Assembly (NCBI RefSeq): GCF_052425735.1
Contig: NC_135766.1
Coordinates: forward strand, 21,700,001-21,764,000
Source: Oculina patagonica
Taxonomy: Eukaryota
Reading direction: 5' to 3'
Length of the DNA stretch: 64,000 nt
Both the position numbers and the translations under genes were made by a program. Shown one piece after another: positions 61,001 through 64,000 of the stretch (position 1 is its first letter; every line of letters starts with the position of its first letter). The notes under the pieces are model-generated. The model saw only the letters and a list, made by a program, of their open reading frames with translations. It made no database searches and was not told the DNA's origin.

Positions 61001-63543
61001 AGACCGAAGATTTCCGAAGATTCTCGGATAGTTGTTCGAAGGCCATACGAACGTTTCCGATCATTTTCGAAAATTTCCGAAGATAAACAAGGTTTTCCGA
61101 AGACTTCCAAGGAAGTTTCGAAGATGTTTGAACTCACTCACGAGACGGAATATCTTGACAAACAAATTTTACGCTGCGCTCGCGATATTTTCGGCACCAA
61201 AACATGGGGGGCTGCGCCCCCCAAATTTTCGTTTGGGGGGGGCAACAGTCCTCCCTGCCCCCCCCTGTCCCGCCGCCTTTGTTATTCATGAAAATAAATA
61301 AAATCTAAAATGCCTTGACCTAACCTTTTTAAATAAATGGTTCTACTGTACCTGCAATATTTTGGGGCTTGTTAAGAGGAACACATTTCCCTTTGTACAT
61401 TTCCTCGCACAGGTTGTTAATGGGATCTCCCATCCTCCTGAAATCAGCATTAGCATACACGTCATCCGGGATAAAGCCAAAAGTCTTCCGGGTGTCGATG
61501 AATCTGGGAGCCCAGTAGTAACCTCTCTCCTCCGGGTCAGGCTCGTACGGGTGGTCAAAGTACAGATGGGTTGCTTGAGTCAAGACAACCTTGAGGAAAA
61601 AGAAAAAAATGGTAGTTTACGTCAGTGCAGTAGGCGGATACCGTAGAATTCCGGTTATAAGCCCTGGGCTTATACAACTTCGTAAGGGGTTTTGGGTGGG
61701 CTTATAAGCGGAGGGGCTTATATCATTCCGGGGGGCTTATAAGCGGAATGAAAAAAGCGTTCCGAAACGAGCCACAGGAGTGTTGATGGAAATACTTTTT
61801 TAAGTTAAAAACGCATAATAAAGCAACATTTAGCCCTATTCAGTACTGTCATCTGGTAGAGGGGGGCTTATATCCGGGGGGGCTTATAATCGGATGTATT
61901 TTTTGTTTCCAGGATGATGGGCCTATAACCGGGGGGGCTTATAAGCGGGGGGGGGCTTATAACCGGAATTTTATGGTATTCTATTAGACCATTTTCTAGA
62001 TCAAATGTTGACCTAAGAAACATAACTGCACATTTTAGCCGGTGTTAAAGCAAGTAAGATCAGTGAAAGAGCTTGTTAAGTATAGATATTGGATTATTTT
62101 ACTTCAAAGCTTCAAAGCTGCATGCTTGTTGCGAGTTGTTTCACAGACAGACAAACCGTATTCCTCTCACACTTAATAAATGCAGAGGATTTGGTTGTTT
62201 TTAGTAATTTTTTTTGTGTCATCCTGTCAGAGGAAATAGCCAGTCTTCTAGTCAAATCAACAGTTAACCTAGAAACCCAAGACCTAAAAACTCGATGTGA
62301 GAACTGACCAGCACATCTTGCAATCATCCTTTTTAGCTTGTAAAACAAGTAACACAAATTTCTACCAAGGAACCCCAGACGTAAGACCTAAAACCTTAGT
62401 ATAACTACTAAACAAAATCTACCTTGTAATCAGCATTTGCCAGCTTGTAAGCCCGATCACCCTGTCCCCATTCCCAAACGTTATCCCAGGCATACGCATA
62501 CACATTTTTATTCTTCAGGTAGCTCCGATCATAAGGCGTGTCCTTGACACCGAGCACGCCGTCCTCCCAAGCTCCAAGATCAAGGCAGTATTTGGAAGAC
62601 ACATCAGCGACGCGGCGAACGAAGTACTCTTTCAAGTCCTTGACGATAGTGGGACTTGTAAAGTTCATTCCCAGCTTATGCGCTAGCTGTTTGCAAGCTG
62701 GGGACTTGGTCCAAGCACCGTGGGCCACTTCGTCTCCACCAAAGTGGAATATCTTGAAGATAGAAATATTCAAGCGTAAAGAAGGCGGTCGCTAAAATTA
62801 AATCTAATCGGCAGTAGTATTGTTATAATTTGTTTTAAACAGCAGAGCTTGAAACATTCTATTCTCCTTATTTAAAGCTATGAATTATCGTTTCTATGTC
62901 AGAATCTCGGCTTTTAGCCAGGACAGAAAATGCCAAGACGATCAAAATGCCAAATCGATTTTGTTCAAATGCAACTTAGAACCAACATTGTCATCATGTG
63001 ACAGTGTGTGACATGAAAGTGTACAATTTGATTTTTTTTGTAGAGTCGTAACGCCGAGTTTAAAAAAAAAAAAGAAAAAATCGCCACTAATAGAAGACGT
63101 TGCGGGTTTTAGAGGATGCAACGTACCTTCAAGGGTTGGATATCATGATGCATGTGTCTAATACTGGCCACAACATGTTCCAGGAACTCGTAAGTGGATT
63201 CCAAGCACGGATTGATAGCATTATCCATAAAGAACTGCACAGACAGATACTCCGATGTATCGTGTGGATCTGACAACAGGTACTGATCGGCCTCAAACGA
63301 CTGCCCCGTGGCTGCATGCTTCTTCTGTCTTGCTTGCATCGCTTTGATGGCGGCATGACCGTGACCAGGCATGTCAAATTCTGGAATGACCTCCACGTGC
63401 CTCTCTTCAGCGTATCGTAATATCTCCCGATAGTCATCGACCGTGTAGAAGCCGCTACCTGAGTTGCCAGTTCCAGGTCCCGAGCCGAGCTGAGATCCAA
63501 GGCAGGTCTCTTCCTTCAAGTCATGGCAACGTTTTGATCCAAC
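58029..63543 (-). CDS. GH20 beta-N-acetylhexosaminidase, chitobiase type (copy C), 5' exons beyond the window end
   Basis: Exons 63543-63127, 62752-62423, 61589-61352, 60079-59827, 59068-58934, 58077-58029 (stop TAA). Motifs PEFDMPGH, HFGGDE, PEERGYYW, GALWSE. Exon sizes 238/253/135 are identical to copy A. Confidence 0.92.
59180..59620 (+). repeat. Degenerate ~105-bp tandem repeat
   Basis: Recurrent GATGAAA…GTGTGACCATTCAAATGAAAGC…AGTACTTT…ATGTGGT(C/A)CTGTTT…TTATGCTGTACAAGG units. Confidence 0.65.
61641..61976. mobile_element. Tigger/pogo-like MITE
   Basis: TA-CCGTAGAATTCCGGTTATAAGCCC…GGGCTTATAACCGGAATTTTATGG-TA, with GGGCTTATA repeats. Confidence 0.85.
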
Positions 63544-63644
63544 CTTGAGAAAATGAAAAACAAAGAAATTTAAACGAGTAATTCACAAAGTAAGCTACGT
63601 TTTTGTTTTTTGTTTTCATGAAAAAAAAAACACAATAAATTTGT

Positions 63645-63844
63645 TGTAAATAATAAAGATGGTAAATTTTAAGCTCGGTAATAAATAATGAAGATGAAGT
63701 ATTCAACATGACACGAGCGTGGGACAAAGAAAAATTCTGAGTCCCCGACGGGAATCGAACCCATGGCCTCCCAGATACCGGTTGGGCGCTCTAACCAACT
63801 GAGCTACGAGAGACTCGTTGTGAGCTGGGCCATTTTACTAGGTT
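63645..63844 (-). mobile_element. Second copy of the tRNA-containing retroposon
   Basis: Nearly identical to 6659-6859 (AATAAAGATGGTAAATTTTAAGC…GGGAATCGAACCCATGGCCTCCCAGATACC…CATTTTACTAGGTT). Confidence 0.85.
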
Positions 63845-64000
63845 AAAGTCAAGCTATAACTTGGTATTTTGTGCCAAGGTGACTTCTTTAGCTTGACTCG
63901 AACTCTGTTGCTTTGAACCATCCCAATCCAACGCAACAAGAAGCATCGTTGCATTGTATCATGCGACGAGTACCGTGATTAAATGATTTAATTTCTTATT

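Noticed and set aside
40564-63543. Bacterial contamination or a prokaryotic operon explaining the chitobiase-like genes
   Set aside because: The genes have conserved GT-AG introns filled with the same repeat families as the WAPL introns.

Overview
Eukaryotic, intron-rich, AT-rich animal DNA. The gene set and repeat families point to a cnidarian, probably a scleractinian coral (inference). All five genes are on the minus strand. (1) WAPL cohesin-release factor: 18 exons reconstructed from 18446 down to 921, with the terminal exon not securely located. (2) A two-exon NET-family zinc-finger gene (NocA/Elbow/ZNF503/ZNF703) at 29027..27501, inside an ~12 kb region with no recognisable transposons, rich in CpG and dense in TALE (Meis/Pbx) motifs. 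(3-5) A tandem array of three chitobiase-type GH20 beta-N-acetylhexosaminidases. Copy A has a +1 frameshift and a GPI-like tail, copy B is intact, and copy C is 5'-partial with an extra intron. Introns hold MITEs, SINEs and Penelope-like fragments with hammerhead ribozymes. The most unusual observation is that two unrelated mobile elements inserted exactly on WAPL 5' splice donors. Each duplicated the donor, so the insert is bounded by GT...AG and followed by the original GT, an introner-like or recursive-splice configuration. One of the two is a permuted ~262-bp unit carrying a tRNA-like fold and a pseudoknot. All coordinates and counts were read by hand, and no database searches were run.
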